Under the pieces are notes generated by a model. That model saw only the letters and a program-made list of their open reading frames with translations, was not told where the DNA came from and did not search any database. A stretch of 64,000 nucleotides of DNA, taken from the NCBI GenBank assembly GCA_027078545.1, contig JALWXN010000004.1:64001-128000 (forward strand), given 5' to 3'. Each line of letters opens with the position of its first letter. The first letter of the stretch is position 1. Shown here piece by piece: positions 40,628-54,135 of this stretch. Made by a program: the position numbers and the translations under genes. Origin of the DNA: Nitrososphaeria archaeon. Lineage in GTDB: Archaea; Thermoproteota; Nitrososphaeria; Geothermarchaeales; JDFR-13.

Positions 40628-41770
40628 ATGGGAGACAAAAACAAGAACGATAGATACCATAAAAAATACATCATCGAATTCGAATTCGAGATAGAAGGAG
40701 CTGTGGAGGAGAGAGACATCGTAGGCGCGATCTTCTCATCGACTGACTACCTATTGGGACCCGACTTCGACATGAGAGAGATGTCCAACACAGGCAAGAT
40801 AGGTAGAATAACAATACACAACGTAGTCGACAAGGGAAGGAAGATGACAGGAATCCTACATGTAGCCACGACGAAGGAGATCGAGACAGTAGCCCTAATA
40901 GCAGCTCTTATAGAAACCGTGGATCAAGTAGGACCCTATCGAGCCAAGTTCAGATTCAGACGGATAATAGACGCGAGGGAAGAGAAGCTGAAGTATATCG
41001 AGAAGAGGGCGATGGAGATACTTGAGAAGTGGAAGATGGACAAGATACCAAAGGCGGAGGAGATACTGAGGAAGCTACACGAAAAGGCAGCAAGTAAAAT
41101 TGCTGTGAAGAGTATTAGAGCCGGCAATGTGACGCTTACAGCCGGTCCAGAGTTCGAGACGTCCGACGAGGTGATACTTGTTGAGGGGAGCGCAGACGTG
41201 GCGAAGCTCGTTAAGTACGGCATTAAAAACGTTCTGAGCATAGGCGGTGGAAAGATACCTGAGCAGCTTAGAGATCTACTGGCCAACAAGAAGGTGACCG
41301 CATTCCTTGATGGAGACAGAGGTGGCATGATGAACCTAAAGAAGCTGATAAACACAATCAAGGTAGACTATATAGCCATGGCTCCAAAGGGGAAGGAAGT
41401 GGAGGACCTTACCTACGAGGAGGTTATGGAAGCCCTATCAAAGAAGAAGCCGGTAGACAGTTTCATAGCAGAGGAGAACAGTGATCTAGCCCCATATAAG
41501 GAGTATATAAACCAGGTCCAGGGTAAGATGGAGGCACTCCTCATTAAGGAGAGCAAGGTTATCGAAAAGGTATCTATCTCAGACCTGATGGAGAAGCTTC
41601 AGAAGCTAGATACAACAATAGACATGATAGTTGCAGATGGGATCATAACCCAGCGCCTAGTCGACATGGCGAAGAGTAAGGGTGTAAAGACGATAATCGG
41701 CGTTAGAAAGGGAGCCCTTGCACGTGTACCAGAAGACATCAAAATAATGACATACGGGGAGGTAGACTGA
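40628..41770 (+). CDS. dnaG: Archaeal DnaG (exosome-associated, primase-like)
   Basis: KY.I...FE.EG.VE..D.VGAIF, GKIGRI, VGP, VEG.AD, FLDGDRGG, DGIITQRL. Confidence 0.95.
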   Translation: MGDKNKNDRYHKKYIIEFEFEIEGAVEERDIVGAIFSSTDYLLGPDFDMREMSNTGKIGRITIHNVVDKGRKMTGILHVATTKEIETVALIAALIETVDQVGPYRAKFRFRRIIDAREEKLKYIEKRAMEILEKWKMDKIPKAEEILRKLHEKAASKIAVKSIRAGNVTLTAGPEFETSDEVILVEGSADVAKLVKYGIKNVLSIGGGKIPEQLRDLLANKKVTAFLDGDRGGMMNLKKLINTIKVDYIAMAPKGKEVEDLTYEEVMEALSKKKPVDSFIAEENSDLAPYKEYINQVQGKMEALLIKESKVIEKVSISDLMEKLQKLDTTIDMIVADGIITQRLVDMAKSKGVKTIIGVRKGALARVPEDIKIMTYGEVD

Positions 41771-41771
41771 T

Positions 41772-42752
41772 CTGAAGATCCTCCGAGAAGGAGGAGGGTT
41801 CGCCGAGGTCTCGATAGAGACTAAGCTCGACATCCTCTATCTTTATGCAGCGATATCCAGGGGCGCCTATCTTAGGACAAAGGTAAAGTGGCAGGAACGA
41901 TTCGAGAGTGGCCACAAAACCAAGAGGAGAGAGGCCCTCATCACAGAGGCCATATTACAGCCGATCAACATAGTCATTGACGAAAACCTCACTTCTCTCA
42001 GAGTAACCGGAAGAATCGTAGAATCGAAATACGAAGTGTTGAAGGGCAGAACAATAGGCGTAGATATCAGGCTAAATGATGAGATAGGTCTCCAGAGTGA
42101 ATACATAAACAGAAGGGTAATTAACAAGTTGGAGAGATATGAGGAGTACCTAGTCATCGTAGTCGACATAACTGGTTACATAATAGCCTTGGTAGGAGAC
42201 AGGATTGAGGTTATTGAAGAGAAGTACTACTCAACCACAGAGATCCTGGAGAGTAAGGAAGACTTCAATAGACTCGTGGATAGACTATCATCGATACTGG
42301 ATAGCAGTAGGGAAAGAGGCGTCACAGTGATATTGGGTCATAACACTGGAACTAAAAACTTAGCGAATAAGTTAGCCAGAATGGCGGACTACATAGTCGA
42401 GGGTCCATTCGAACCGAATATAGGCGGAGTAGTCAACGTACTGAAGCACCTATTAAAAAGCCGCATCCTACGCACTGGGAAATATCCCAGGCTTATGGAG
42501 GCCTATGAAAAACTCACTGACCCTAGAAATCTACACAGGATTCTTTATGGAAAGGAGGAGGTTATCAAAGCCATTAATGATAGATATGCCACCGAGGTCT
42601 ACATAACAGTAAAGACTCTGATTAATCAGAACCTTATAGAAGAGGTTGCCACAGCCCTGGAAAAGTGCGTAAAGGTCGAGATCGTGGACGACAACACATC
42701 ACTAGGTATGCTGATAAACAGGTTCGGTGGCATAGTGGCACTTAGCTACTAA
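41772..42752 (+). CDS. pelA: Pelota (Dom34) mRNA surveillance factor, divergent; probable CTG start
   Basis: Frame of the 42036 ORF extends upstream to CTG-AAG-ATC-CTC (MKIL...ETKLD..YLY...LRVTG.I); C-terminal YG.EEV..A, FGGIVAL. Confidence 0.8.
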   Translation: MKILREGGGFAEVSIETKLDILYLYAAISRGAYLRTKVKWQERFESGHKTKRREALITEAILQPINIVIDENLTSLRVTGRIVESKYEVLKGRTIGVDIRLNDEIGLQSEYINRRVINKLERYEEYLVIVVDITGYIIALVGDRIEVIEEKYYSTTEILESKEDFNRLVDRLSSILDSSRERGVTVILGHNTGTKNLANKLARMADYIVEGPFEPNIGGVVNVLKHLLKSRILRTGKYPRLMEAYEKLTDPRNLHRILYGKEEVIKAINDRYATEVYITVKTLINQNLIEEVATALEKCVKVEIVDDNTSLGMLINRFGGIVALSY

Positions 42753-42768
42753 CCAGTTCCTACTCAAC

Positions 42769-43068
42769 TCAAGCAGATAGAAGTGTATTTATCATGTAGG
42801 GAAGCACGACCTCTGCGAATATCGCCAAGATGATCCCGCCATATATGTATCTCATATGTCTATAGGTTGGGGAGATGACGTATAGCATCACACCTATGGC
42901 TATAAGACTTATGTAGAGAGGCCTGGCGATGTACATCAACAACTCTAGCAGCTTCACTAGAAGGAAGACTATGAACTCCTTAACAGACTCAAAGATATCG
43001 TTAATCATCTCCTCCCAACCCGACAAGTCTACTATCTCCATGATTGTAGCCCTCATGGTATCACTCAT
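42769..43068 (-). CDS. Small hypothetical membrane protein
   Basis: 99 aa, 2-3 hydrophobic helices. Confidence 0.65.
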   Translation of the reverse strand: MSDTMRATIMEIVDLSGWEEMINDIFESVKEFIVFLLVKLLELLMYIARPLYISLIAIGVMLYVISPTYRHMRYIYGGIILAIFAEVVLPYMINTLLSA

Positions 43069-43124
43069 TCAATAGCCTTCAGGAGAACTTTTTACTTGGT
43101 GAAGAAGGGTGAAAGTATAGCGAG

Positions 43125-43813
<689 letters not shown>

Positions 43814-43963
43814 TCAATACGAAATATGTAACTACCTGACGGAATTAAATTCAGCAAAGGCTACATATTAGGCTTAATCCCGTTTCACTGGATATTATAA
43901 ATATATACTACCTCGAATCTACATACAATTTCAATCTTTACAGGAGTGTGGTGAGGGGCTGGA

Positions 43964-45001
43964 ATGAGATTCCTCAGAGGATGCAAACCTAAAGAGCTCC
44001 CACCTAGTACTGGCAAGAAAGTATCAATTGTTGGAGCTGGACCAGCTGGGTTAGGAGCGGCTGGTGACCTAGCCTGTAAAGGCCATGAGATGGTCATGTA
44101 TGACCAGATGCCGGAGGCTGGTGGACTATTAATATTTGGCATCCCAGATTTCAGAATACCTAAATCAAGGATTAGGAACGGGATACAAGAACTGATGGAT
44201 GCAGGTGTAGAGATCCATCTGAACACGAAAGTAGGTAGAGATATAGATCTTGAAGAAATCATCCAGGAATCAGACGCTACCCTGATAGCAACCGGAACCT
44301 GGAGGTCGAGGGAGCTCAATGTAGAAGGGAAGGATCTTAAGGGAATACACTCAGCCTTTGACTATATAGTTGATTATCACCTATGGAAATACGGCTACAT
44401 AGATGAGAAACCGGAGAGGGGTAAACGAGCATTAGTTGTAGGCGGAGGCTTGACAGCCATTGATATGTGTTATATAGCTAGAGAGGCGGGTTGCCAAGAG
44501 ATCTACCTATCATATAGAAGAACCCGTGAATATGCACCTGCAGGTAGAAACGAGTTTAACCAGCTGGAGAAGGAGGGAGTTACAATCCTCGAGCTGACCC
44601 AGCCATTAAGATTCGAAGGAAGTGGTAGGGTGGAGAAGGTTGTCCTAGGCAAGAATAGACTAGTGAAAACAGGTGAGGGGAGGCCTAAACCAGTACCCAT
44701 AGAAGGTGAGACAACGTCACTAGAAGTAGACATAGTATTCCTCGCTATAGGCGAGATACCTACACCGCCATTTGAGAACGGCAAATACGGCATACTCCTG
44801 AACCCAGACAACACGATCTACACTGACAACGAGTTTAGAACGACGAGGCGCGGCGTATTCGCCGCAGGCGATGTAAGAACCGGTCCCTCCCTCATAGGAC
44901 CCGCATTAGCCAGTGGGAAGAACGCTGCAAGGAGTATACACAACTACCTATTAACAAATGAGTGGCCAGAAGAGCTCCTTAGAAAACAACCAACAAAGTA
45001 G
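43964..45001 (+). CDS. FAD/NAD(P)-dependent oxidoreductase (GltD-like, lacking N-terminal Fe-S domain)
   Basis: GAGPAG, GIP.FR, ATG, GGG.TA.D, YRR, GVFAAGD..GPS. Confidence 0.88.
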   Translation: MRFLRGCKPKELPPSTGKKVSIVGAGPAGLGAAGDLACKGHEMVMYDQMPEAGGLLIFGIPDFRIPKSRIRNGIQELMDAGVEIHLNTKVGRDIDLEEIIQESDATLIATGTWRSRELNVEGKDLKGIHSAFDYIVDYHLWKYGYIDEKPERGKRALVVGGGLTAIDMCYIAREAGCQEIYLSYRRTREYAPAGRNEFNQLEKEGVTILELTQPLRFEGSGRVEKVVLGKNRLVKTGEGRPKPVPIEGETTSLEVDIVFLAIGEIPTPPFENGKYGILLNPDNTIYTDNEFRTTRRGVFAAGDVRTGPSLIGPALASGKNAARSIHNYLLTNEWPEELLRKQPTK

Positions 45002-45007
45002 GAGTAT

Positions 45008-45105
45008 TGGCGCCGGGAGTGGGATTCGAACCCACGCGGGGTCTCCCCCATCGGCTATCCACACAAGTTAGCAGGCCGACCCCTTAACCGCTCGGGCATC
45101 CCGGC
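45008..45105 (-). tRNA. tRNA-Ser(GCT) with 12-nt intron at 37/38 (45057-45068)
   Basis: TCGGC-CT-GCT-A[ACTTGTGTGGAT]A-GCCGA, long variable arm, G73, CCA. Confidence 0.95.
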
Positions 45106-45166
45106 ACCCACAGATGCTCTAAAAATTCTCTTTTACGGCTTGTTTTAAAAATAGAGTTTGTACATA

Positions 45167-45490
45167 GGGGGCGGTGGCATCCCGCTGGTTCCGAGACGGC
45201 TGCCCATATACCCACCACGGGCACTTCCTCAGACCCCGTCACACGGAGCAGACGTGCGGCGGCTTAGGGCTGCTCCCTCCCGGGCCTAACCCGGTTCACC
45301 GCCTACCCCAAGCATCCGGCCCTCCAGCCGAACACTTGGGGGACACGCCTCCCCGTGCCGGAGCCATCATCGGATGTCCGTGATGGGTATTATGGGTAGC
45401 CGTCTCTTTACCCAGCGGTTAACGGCTCCCCGCATATAGCCGATTTCGGGAGTGGGGGACGGCTAACCCCCCGAGCCTCCCACCGCCCCC
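45167..45490 (-). ncRNA. ffs: Signal recognition particle (7S) RNA
   Basis: Minus strand has helix-8 motif AGGCCCGGGAGGGAGCAG, Alu-domain-like 5' end, terminal helix GGGGGCGGTG/CACCGCCCCC; ~324 nt. Confidence 0.95.
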
Positions 45491-45547
45491 AAGAGATACT
45501 TTTCGTCCACCCGCGTATTAAGAATAATTAGAGGATTAGGTCAGGAG

Positions 45548-45622
45548 TGGTGGACCCGCCGGGATTTGAACCCGGGACCTCCCGCATGCCAAGCGGGCGT
45601 CCTACCACTAGACCACGGGCCC
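45548..45622 (-). tRNA. tRNA-Ala(GGC)
   Basis: G3:U70, CCCGC-TT-GGC-AT-GCGGG, CCA. Confidence 0.96.
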
Positions 45623-45712
45623 ACGACACGAAATATTGAATTCCACACAATGGTTTATAATGATTTGACGATTCAGGGCACAATTGGCATAAGTATTAAG
45701 ACTCAGGGTTTA

Positions 45713-45801
45713 TGGGGCCGCCGGCGGGATTTGAACCCGCGACCTCCGGCTTACTGCTTGGATCCACAGGCCGGCGCTCTAACCGCTGAGCTACGGCGGC
45801 C
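45713..45801 (-). tRNA. tRNA-His(GTG) with encoded G-1 and 12-nt intron at 37/38 (45752-45763)
   Basis: CCGGC-CT-GTG-G[ATCCAAGCAGTA]A-GCCGG, C73, CCA. Confidence 0.94.
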
Positions 45802-45805
45802 ATAG

Positions 45806-45880
45806 TGGTGGACCCGCCGGGATTTGAACCCGGGACCTCCGCCTTGCAAGGGCGGCGTCCTACCACTAGACCACGGGCCC
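45806..45880 (-). tRNA. tRNA-Ala(TGC)
   Basis: G3:U70, CCGCC-CT-TGC-AA-GGCGG, CCA; 4 nt upstream of tRNA-His. Confidence 0.96.
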
Positions 45881-45946
45881 ACACCAAAAGATGTGAATAG
45901 GGGGGCATCAATAAATTTTTGATATCCATTTATAGGCGCATAGAGC

Positions 45947-46171
45947 CTAGGAGGGAGATATAAGCACTACATTATCTCCTCTTAAGAGGATGGAGCCGAT
46001 CTCTTCATGCTCCTCTCCATCGACCCACTCTGCATCCTTTAGGAGGAGATTCAGATGACTGTCGTAACCAACCAATACTCCTCTAATAAGCTTGCCACCC
46101 TTCACCTTGACTATAACTGGCTTGTTAATACTATTTCTCAAGAGCCTTATGGTGAGGTCCTGTCCCGCCAT
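45947..46171 (-). CDS. Sm-like (Lsm/SmAP) protein
   Basis: G.L.GYD.HLNL.L, LRGDNV. Confidence 0.93.
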   Translation of the reverse strand: MAGQDLTIRLLRNSINKPVIVKVKGGKLIRGVLVGYDSHLNLLLKDAEWVDGEEHEEIGSILLRGDNVVLISPS

Positions 46172-46323
46172 CTACCTCGACACCTTCTCATACAAGGGTC
46201 TACATATCCAAACATATCCCCATATATTTATTTAGTTTGTAGCTACCAACGTGTATCCAGACATAGACACCGTGTTTCAATATATACCCCCTCCAGAGAA
46301 TACTTTTTAGTTAGGTGTCACTA

Positions 46324-46563
46324 ATGCCAGAAGCTTACGTCCTTATAACCACGGAGGTCGGTGTGGAGGAGGAAGTTAAGGAGAAGCTGCTACAGGAGCC
46401 TGAGGTAATATCAGCAGACATCGTTTTCGGCGTCTATGACATAGTGGCCAAGATAAGGGGAGACACGATTGAAGATATACGTAAAGTGGTGGTTCAGAAG
46501 ATAAGGAACAAGATCGACAAGATCACCTCTACACAGACTCTCATAGTAGTCTCAGAAAAGTAG
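46324..46563 (+). CDS. Stand-alone Lrp/AsnC ligand-binding (RAM) domain protein
   Basis: AYVLI....G.E, V.G.YDIV, IR......T.TLIV. Confidence 0.88.
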   Translation: MPEAYVLITTEVGVEEEVKEKLLQEPEVISADIVFGVYDIVAKIRGDTIEDIRKVVVQKIRNKIDKITSTQTLIVVSEK

Positions 46564-47966
46564 TGAGCATCTACATCTCCTTCGACGATATAGACTCACC
46601 ACGAGGAGGTTGCACCACACATTTTACCACACATATTTTTTACGAAATAGCACGTAAACTGGCTCCAAAAACCAATGACTACACACTTCCTAGGCTAATA
46701 AGACTAAATCCTGACATACCCTGGAAAACAAGGGGAAACGCAGCCACATGTATAGAAGCACCACTCACGTTCGACGAAGGCCTAGAACTCGTAGAAGAAC
46801 TGGTTTTGGACCGTCTATCATCCTATATTGAGGGGGAGGAAAGCGTAGTAGGTCATACACAGCCATGTATAATAGTTATAGACAAGGAAGAGGCCGAGAG
46901 TAACAAATCGAGGCTACTGAAGTTCTATCTAAAAGCGGTTAAGAGGGTCGTATCAATACAAGAGGCGGAAGAAATCCTGAAGCACGTGAAAAAGATAAGG
47001 ACTTACACACTTAATGGTAAGAGAGGATTAGTCGGAGCCTTGGCAGCCATAGGAGGAGCGACCTATCAGGGATACAAACCAACATATGAACTACTAGCCT
47101 ACACAGATCCAGCTTACAAGAAGCTAGCAGACGAAGACAAGCTATACAGGACTCTTGAGAATCTAGAGAGGGACGATACATTTGGACATGTAGATCGTAG
47201 GAGTGGTAGGGTATTGGTGCTTCCTAGGGGAAAAGATCCTGTTCTCGTGGGTCTTAGGGGTATAAACCCGGTCGAGCTAATAAGGATCCTCGATAACATC
47301 AGGAAGTTTCTACCGCCAATACACATGTGGATGATCTTCAAAACCAATCAGGCAACTAATATGCATTTCTACAACGTAGAGGAGCCGAATATACCTCGTA
47401 GATATGAGCAGTTTTCCAGCCCGGCCGTCACCAGATTTAGAAAAGAGACATTGGAGGGGGGACACCTCATAATAAGCACAAAACTCTACATAGGAAGCTA
47501 TGAGTACGACTCTGACTTAGCAATATACAGTGAAGCTGGAGACACAACCAAAAAGGTATCAGCAAGCTTAGACAACACGTCGGTCTACATAACCGGGAAT
47601 ATTAGGCCACTAATGGATAGGGAAACCATAAACCATGAAGCAATCTACATATACGAAGACCCTACAGTATCAACAAGACAGAATCCATTATGCCCCAGGT
47701 GCATGAGGAGAATGGAGAGTGCGGGGGAATCAAAGGGATACAGATGCAGAATATGTGGATATAGATTGATGATCGACGTAGCCCCTCATATCCATAGGGT
47801 GGTTAAATGGATTCCGGATAGGACTATACAGCCACCTAGTCATCAGAGGCACTTGACAAAGCCCCTGAAGCTATTCGGCTCACAAAAAACTTTGGAGGAA
47901 CTTGAGAAGACAGCTATTGAACTAGTCATCAGTAGGAATCTAGATCTACAGAAGAATAGTATTTAG
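46563..47966 (+). CDS. tiaS: tRNA(Ile2) 2-agmatinylcytidine synthetase TiaS
   Basis: DD.DSP.GGCTT, LIRLNP.IPWKTRGN, GLVGALAAIG, P.G.DPVL.GLRG, TNQAT, C-terminal Zn ribbon, RHLTKP. Confidence 0.95.
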   Translation: MSIYISFDDIDSPRGGCTTHFTTHIFYEIARKLAPKTNDYTLPRLIRLNPDIPWKTRGNAATCIEAPLTFDEGLELVEELVLDRLSSYIEGEESVVGHTQPCIIVIDKEEAESNKSRLLKFYLKAVKRVVSIQEAEEILKHVKKIRTYTLNGKRGLVGALAAIGGATYQGYKPTYELLAYTDPAYKKLADEDKLYRTLENLERDDTFGHVDRRSGRVLVLPRGKDPVLVGLRGINPVELIRILDNIRKFLPPIHMWMIFKTNQATNMHFYNVEEPNIPRRYEQFSSPAVTRFRKETLEGGHLIISTKLYIGSYEYDSDLAIYSEAGDTTKKVSASLDNTSVYITGNIRPLMDRETINHEAIYIYEDPTVSTRQNPLCPRCMRRMESAGESKGYRCRICGYRLMIDVAPHIHRVVKWIPDRTIQPPSHQRHLTKPLKLFGSQKTLEELEKTAIELVISRNLDLQKNSI

Positions 47967-47968
47967 AT

Positions 47969-48232
47969 GGCGAGGCGACCGTAACCCCCCTTGTGTTTCC
48001 AGACGGAATCCGTCTAAGCGGGTCCCTGACCCTTTCTCCACCGCACCACCCGGCCGTTTCAACCTCTCCTAGCCTCGTCAGACATTCTTCATCCTCATCT
48101 AACGGCTAGGAGAAGGACGTTTCTTTTCCGGGTGGCTGCCCTCACGGACAGGGTCCTCACGGACCTGCGGCATAGGTATCTAGGAGGGGGGAATTTCCTA
48201 CCCAGAATACGGGCTCCGTCCATCGCCTCGCC
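47969..48232 (-). ncRNA. rnpB: RNase P RNA
   Basis: Minus strand: P1 GGCGAGGCGA/TCGCCTCGCC, P4 halves AGGAAATTCCCCCC and AACACAAGGGGGGTTA, AGAAAC/TGAAAC S-domain loops, GCTTAG.CG.AT J15/2. Confidence 0.92.
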
Positions 48233-48240
48233 TCCGACCT

Positions 48241-48290
48241 CCCTGGCGGGCCGTGCACATCTAGCGTTGTAGATAGGCCAGCCTCATCCC
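48241..48290 (-). other. 3' arm of 23S pre-rRNA processing stem (pairs with 51350-51400), BHB-like
   Basis: GAGGCTGGCCTATCTACAA-CGCT-AGA-TGTGCACGGCCCGCC complementary to GGCGGGCCGTGCACA-GGCG-AG-TTGTAGATAGGCCAGCCTC. Confidence 0.85.
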
Positions 48291-48294
48291 AACT

Positions 48295-51347
<3,053 letters not shown>

Positions 51348-51499
51348 CCAGTCGGGTGAGGCTGGCCTATCTACAACTCGCCTGTGCACGGCCCGCCGGG
51401 ACAGCCGGCGTGCCTACTTAGCTTCTTAGAGTCTGTGATCTCTAAGAAGCCGCATCCCGTTTTTCTATAAGATTTACCAATCGTTATACATCCATCCCC

Positions 51500-51520
51500 A
51501 AGTATATAAATTTTACCCGT
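51500..51520 (-). promoter_or_regulatory. BRE/TATA promoter for the 23S transcription unit
   Basis: Minus strand GGTAAAATTTATATAC ~100 nt upstream of the processing stem; leader hairpin at 51421-51450. Confidence 0.6.
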
Positions 51521-51539
51521 ACTTTGAGAGGAGAAGGCT

Positions 51540-51671
<132 letters not shown>

Positions 51672-51721
51672 ACGCCACATCATAATCCTAATCACTGGCA
51701 CATTTAATTAATCCTGGAGAA

Positions 51722-51815
51722 TGGCGGGCCCGGCCGGATTTGAACCGGCGACCTGCGGCTAACCCCTACGTGGTAATAGGAGGCCGCCGCCATATCCTGG
51801 CTAGGCCACGGGCCC
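51722..51815 (-). tRNA. tRNA-Arg(CCT) with 16-nt intron at 37/38 (51761-51776)
   Basis: GCGGC-CT-CCT-A[TTACCACGTAGGGGTT]A-GCCGC; BHB with CTCC/GGGG helix; CCA. Confidence 0.94.
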
Positions 51816-51907
51816 ATCCACTAATTATTTTGAAGATCAGGAGTATCTTAAATAGATTAGCGCCCCAAAATGATTATGAAACAGGACTTGACACTGGTGC
51901 TGTATAT

Positions 51908-52129
51908 ATGAGGGAGATACCTGTTACAAAGGTTGATAAGACGGTCCGTGTCCCCCGGGAAATCTCAGAGAAGGTTAAGCAGCTAGGTTTGAAGAAGGAG
52001 ATAAAATACATGAAGAAGGAGATAATAGACTGTCCCCTTCATAAGAAGGAGATATCCCCTATATACTGCCTCGTATGTCCATACTTCGTCAGACGGGTAA
52101 AGGGGAAGATCTACTGTAAATATCCCTAA
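51908..52129 (+). CDS. Small Cys-rich putative Zn-binding protein
   Basis: MREIPV...DCP......CLVCPYF.......C; start moved to ATG 51908 (upstream ORF part is tRNA antisense). Confidence 0.7.
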   Translation: MREIPVTKVDKTVRVPREISEKVKQLGLKKEIKYMKKEIIDCPLHKKEISPIYCLVCPYFVRRVKGKIYCKYP

Positions 52130-52467
52130 TCCAATCTAGCCCATATCCTAAGCTCATTTATCCTCTCCCTCAGGTTCTTTAGATCCCTGCCTCCCAGTAT
52201 TGAGAGCTTATCGATCCTAGACCCACTTGAAAATAATATATCCAGCCTATAATTGAGAAGCTGTCTCTTCACATCCACCTTAACTATCCTGACATAGGGC
52301 AGGTAGAGATGTAGATACGGCTTCCTAAGCAGGCGCTTCCTAAAAACATATATTCCCTCCTCACCCAGGTATATATAGCCATCAAACTCCTCCCCTCCAT
52401 ACCTAATCGTAGTTAGCAGGCCATACCTACTAGACTTACCCATCAAACCACCTCTCATTATAACCAT
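52126..52467 (-). CDS. Hypothetical protein, possible PH-like fold
   Basis: G.IYL.EEGIY...LPY..I.KV.V pattern typical of bacterial PH-like domains. Confidence 0.55.
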   Translation of the reverse strand: MVIMRGGLMGKSSRYGLLTTIRYGGEEFDGYIYLGEEGIYVFRKRLLRKPYLHLYLPYVRIVKVDVKRQLLNYRLDILFSSGSRIDKLSILGGRDLKNLRERINELRIWARLD

Positions 52468-52521
52468 CTTCCGAGAGGATATAGCGTGGTTAAGAGCTCC
52501 ATGAAACTATTCTATCATAAT

Positions 52522-53094
52522 ATGACAGTGGCAACAAGCGTCGCCATAGTAGTGGATAAGCTGTTATCCGCTTCTGGGCAGATGTACTTAGAGGGCTTCG
52601 TAGGGGGAAGCAGCGGAAATATAAGTGGGAGGATCAACAGGGATCACATCCTTATAAAGCGTAGCGGGAGAAGGCTCGGCTTCCTAAAACCCAGGGATCT
52701 AATACTAGTGCCACTCTCAGAAGAGAATCCAGAGGGAGCTTCATCTGATTATTGGATCCATAGAGAGATATATAGACTATACGGCTGGTGCAACTATGTA
52801 ATCCACGCCCATCCTAAGCAGCTAGTTAGACTCACCCTGGATACGTGTCTCGAAGAGATACCTATAGAGACTTATGAGGGTAGGGTCTACATCGGAGACT
52901 ACGTAAAGATATTCAGGGGGAGGAGAACCGACATTCCAAAGAATCTAAATATAGTTAGAGATGGCGAGTGGGGATACATAGTTGAAGCTGGACATGGAGC
53001 CTATCTATTTGGGAGAGACTTAGAATGGCTCCTAAACATGCTACATGAACTGGAATATATCGCATCGACACACTACTCACATACTAGACTCTAA
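52522..53094 (+). CDS. Class II aldolase/adducin family protein
   Basis: SGNIS.R, SS....H..IY, IHAHP, GHG. Confidence 0.88.
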   Translation: MTVATSVAIVVDKLLSASGQMYLEGFVGGSSGNISGRINRDHILIKRSGRRLGFLKPRDLILVPLSEENPEGASSDYWIHREIYRLYGWCNYVIHAHPKQLVRLTLDTCLEEIPIETYEGRVYIGDYVKIFRGRRTDIPKNLNIVRDGEWGYIVEAGHGAYLFGRDLEWLLNMLHELEYIASTHYSHTRL

Positions 53095-54105
53095 AATACT
53101 TGGGATAGAGGAGCTAAAGGGAGGCTTCAAAACACCCTTCTCAGTAATGATCCCATCTATGAACTCCGGAGGAGTAGCGTCGAACGCCAAGTTCAACGCA
53201 TCAACCCCTTCAGGAGCTATCCTACACCCACCACAATTAATTATCTCATCCCCACTCCTAACCTCTATCTCCACCTCATCCCTATCACTTTCAAGATCGA
53301 AGGTGGTTGTAGGCGCCGCCACATAAAACCTGGTATCCGTGAGATGACTAGCCAACGCCAATGAATAGGTTCCAATTTTATTGAAGGTAGTACCATCGCT
53401 GAGAATCCTGTCAGCCCCAACTATAACGACGTCTACGTCTCCCCTGCTAATCAAGAAAGGTGCAGCCGAATCCACTATAAGCACAGGCTTGATACCTGCG
53501 TATAGAAGCTCATAGGCCGTTAATCTAGCCCCCTGCAACTTAGGCCTAGTCTCTGTGATAAACACCTTGGATATCCTACCTTTCTTATACGCCTCTATGA
53601 TAACGCCCAGGGCAGTCCCTATCTCCACAGCAGCTAGCGACCCTGTATTACAATGTGTCAGTACGGCAGCCCCTTCAGGTATAAGCTCCGCTCCAAATGA
53701 AGCAATCCTCCTATTATTCTCAACCTCCATCTCCATAATCTGAACAGCGGCCTCAACCACAGTATCGACACTAGGATTTTTTCTAGCCCTCTCCATAACC
53801 ATGTCCATAGCATTGAAGAGGTTTACCGCCGTCGGCCTAGTAGAACCCAAGACGTTATATGCCCTCTCCAGGACCTTTATCAGACCATCCCCCTCCTGGC
53901 CCGATTTTATAGCCTCCAAAGCCAGTCCTAGAGCGGCAACCACACCTATCAACGGTGCACCTCTAACCCTCATATTCACGATTGCCTCAGCGACGTCTTC
54001 CAGCGTCTCCAGGTCCCTATAGACAAGTCTATGGGGCAACTCTGTCTGATCAACTATCCTTATATGATCCCCCCGCCACTCCACACTTCTAAGATACATC
54101 GCCAA
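53077..54105 (-). CDS. mtnA: Methylthioribose-1-phosphate isomerase
   Basis: DQT.LP, M.VRGAP.IG, RPTAVNL, LTHCNTG.LA, ETRP..QGARLT, GADRI, NKIGTY. Confidence 0.94.
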   Translation of the reverse strand: MAMYLRSVEWRGDHIRIVDQTELPHRLVYRDLETLEDVAEAIVNMRVRGAPLIGVVAALGLALEAIKSGQEGDGLIKVLERAYNVLGSTRPTAVNLFNAMDMVMERARKNPSVDTVVEAAVQIMEMEVENNRRIASFGAELIPEGAAVLTHCNTGSLAAVEIGTALGVIIEAYKKGRISKVFITETRPKLQGARLTAYELLYAGIKPVLIVDSAAPFLISRGDVDVVIVGADRILSDGTTFNKIGTYSLALASHLTDTRFYVAAPTTTFDLESDRDEVEIEVRSGDEIINCGGCRIAPEGVDALNLAFDATPPEFIDGIITEKGVLKPPFSSSIPSILESSM

Positions 54106-54135
54106 AGGAAAATCTACATGTTCTAAGAAATAATA

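Noticed and set aside
43814-45007. GltD-like oxidoreductase flanked by tRNAs as a genomic island
   Set aside because: No direct repeats or mobility genes; no obvious compositional anomaly in the coding region
45174-45929. ORFs 45174-45383, 45566-45805, 45696-45929
   Set aside because: Overlap SRP RNA and tRNA genes
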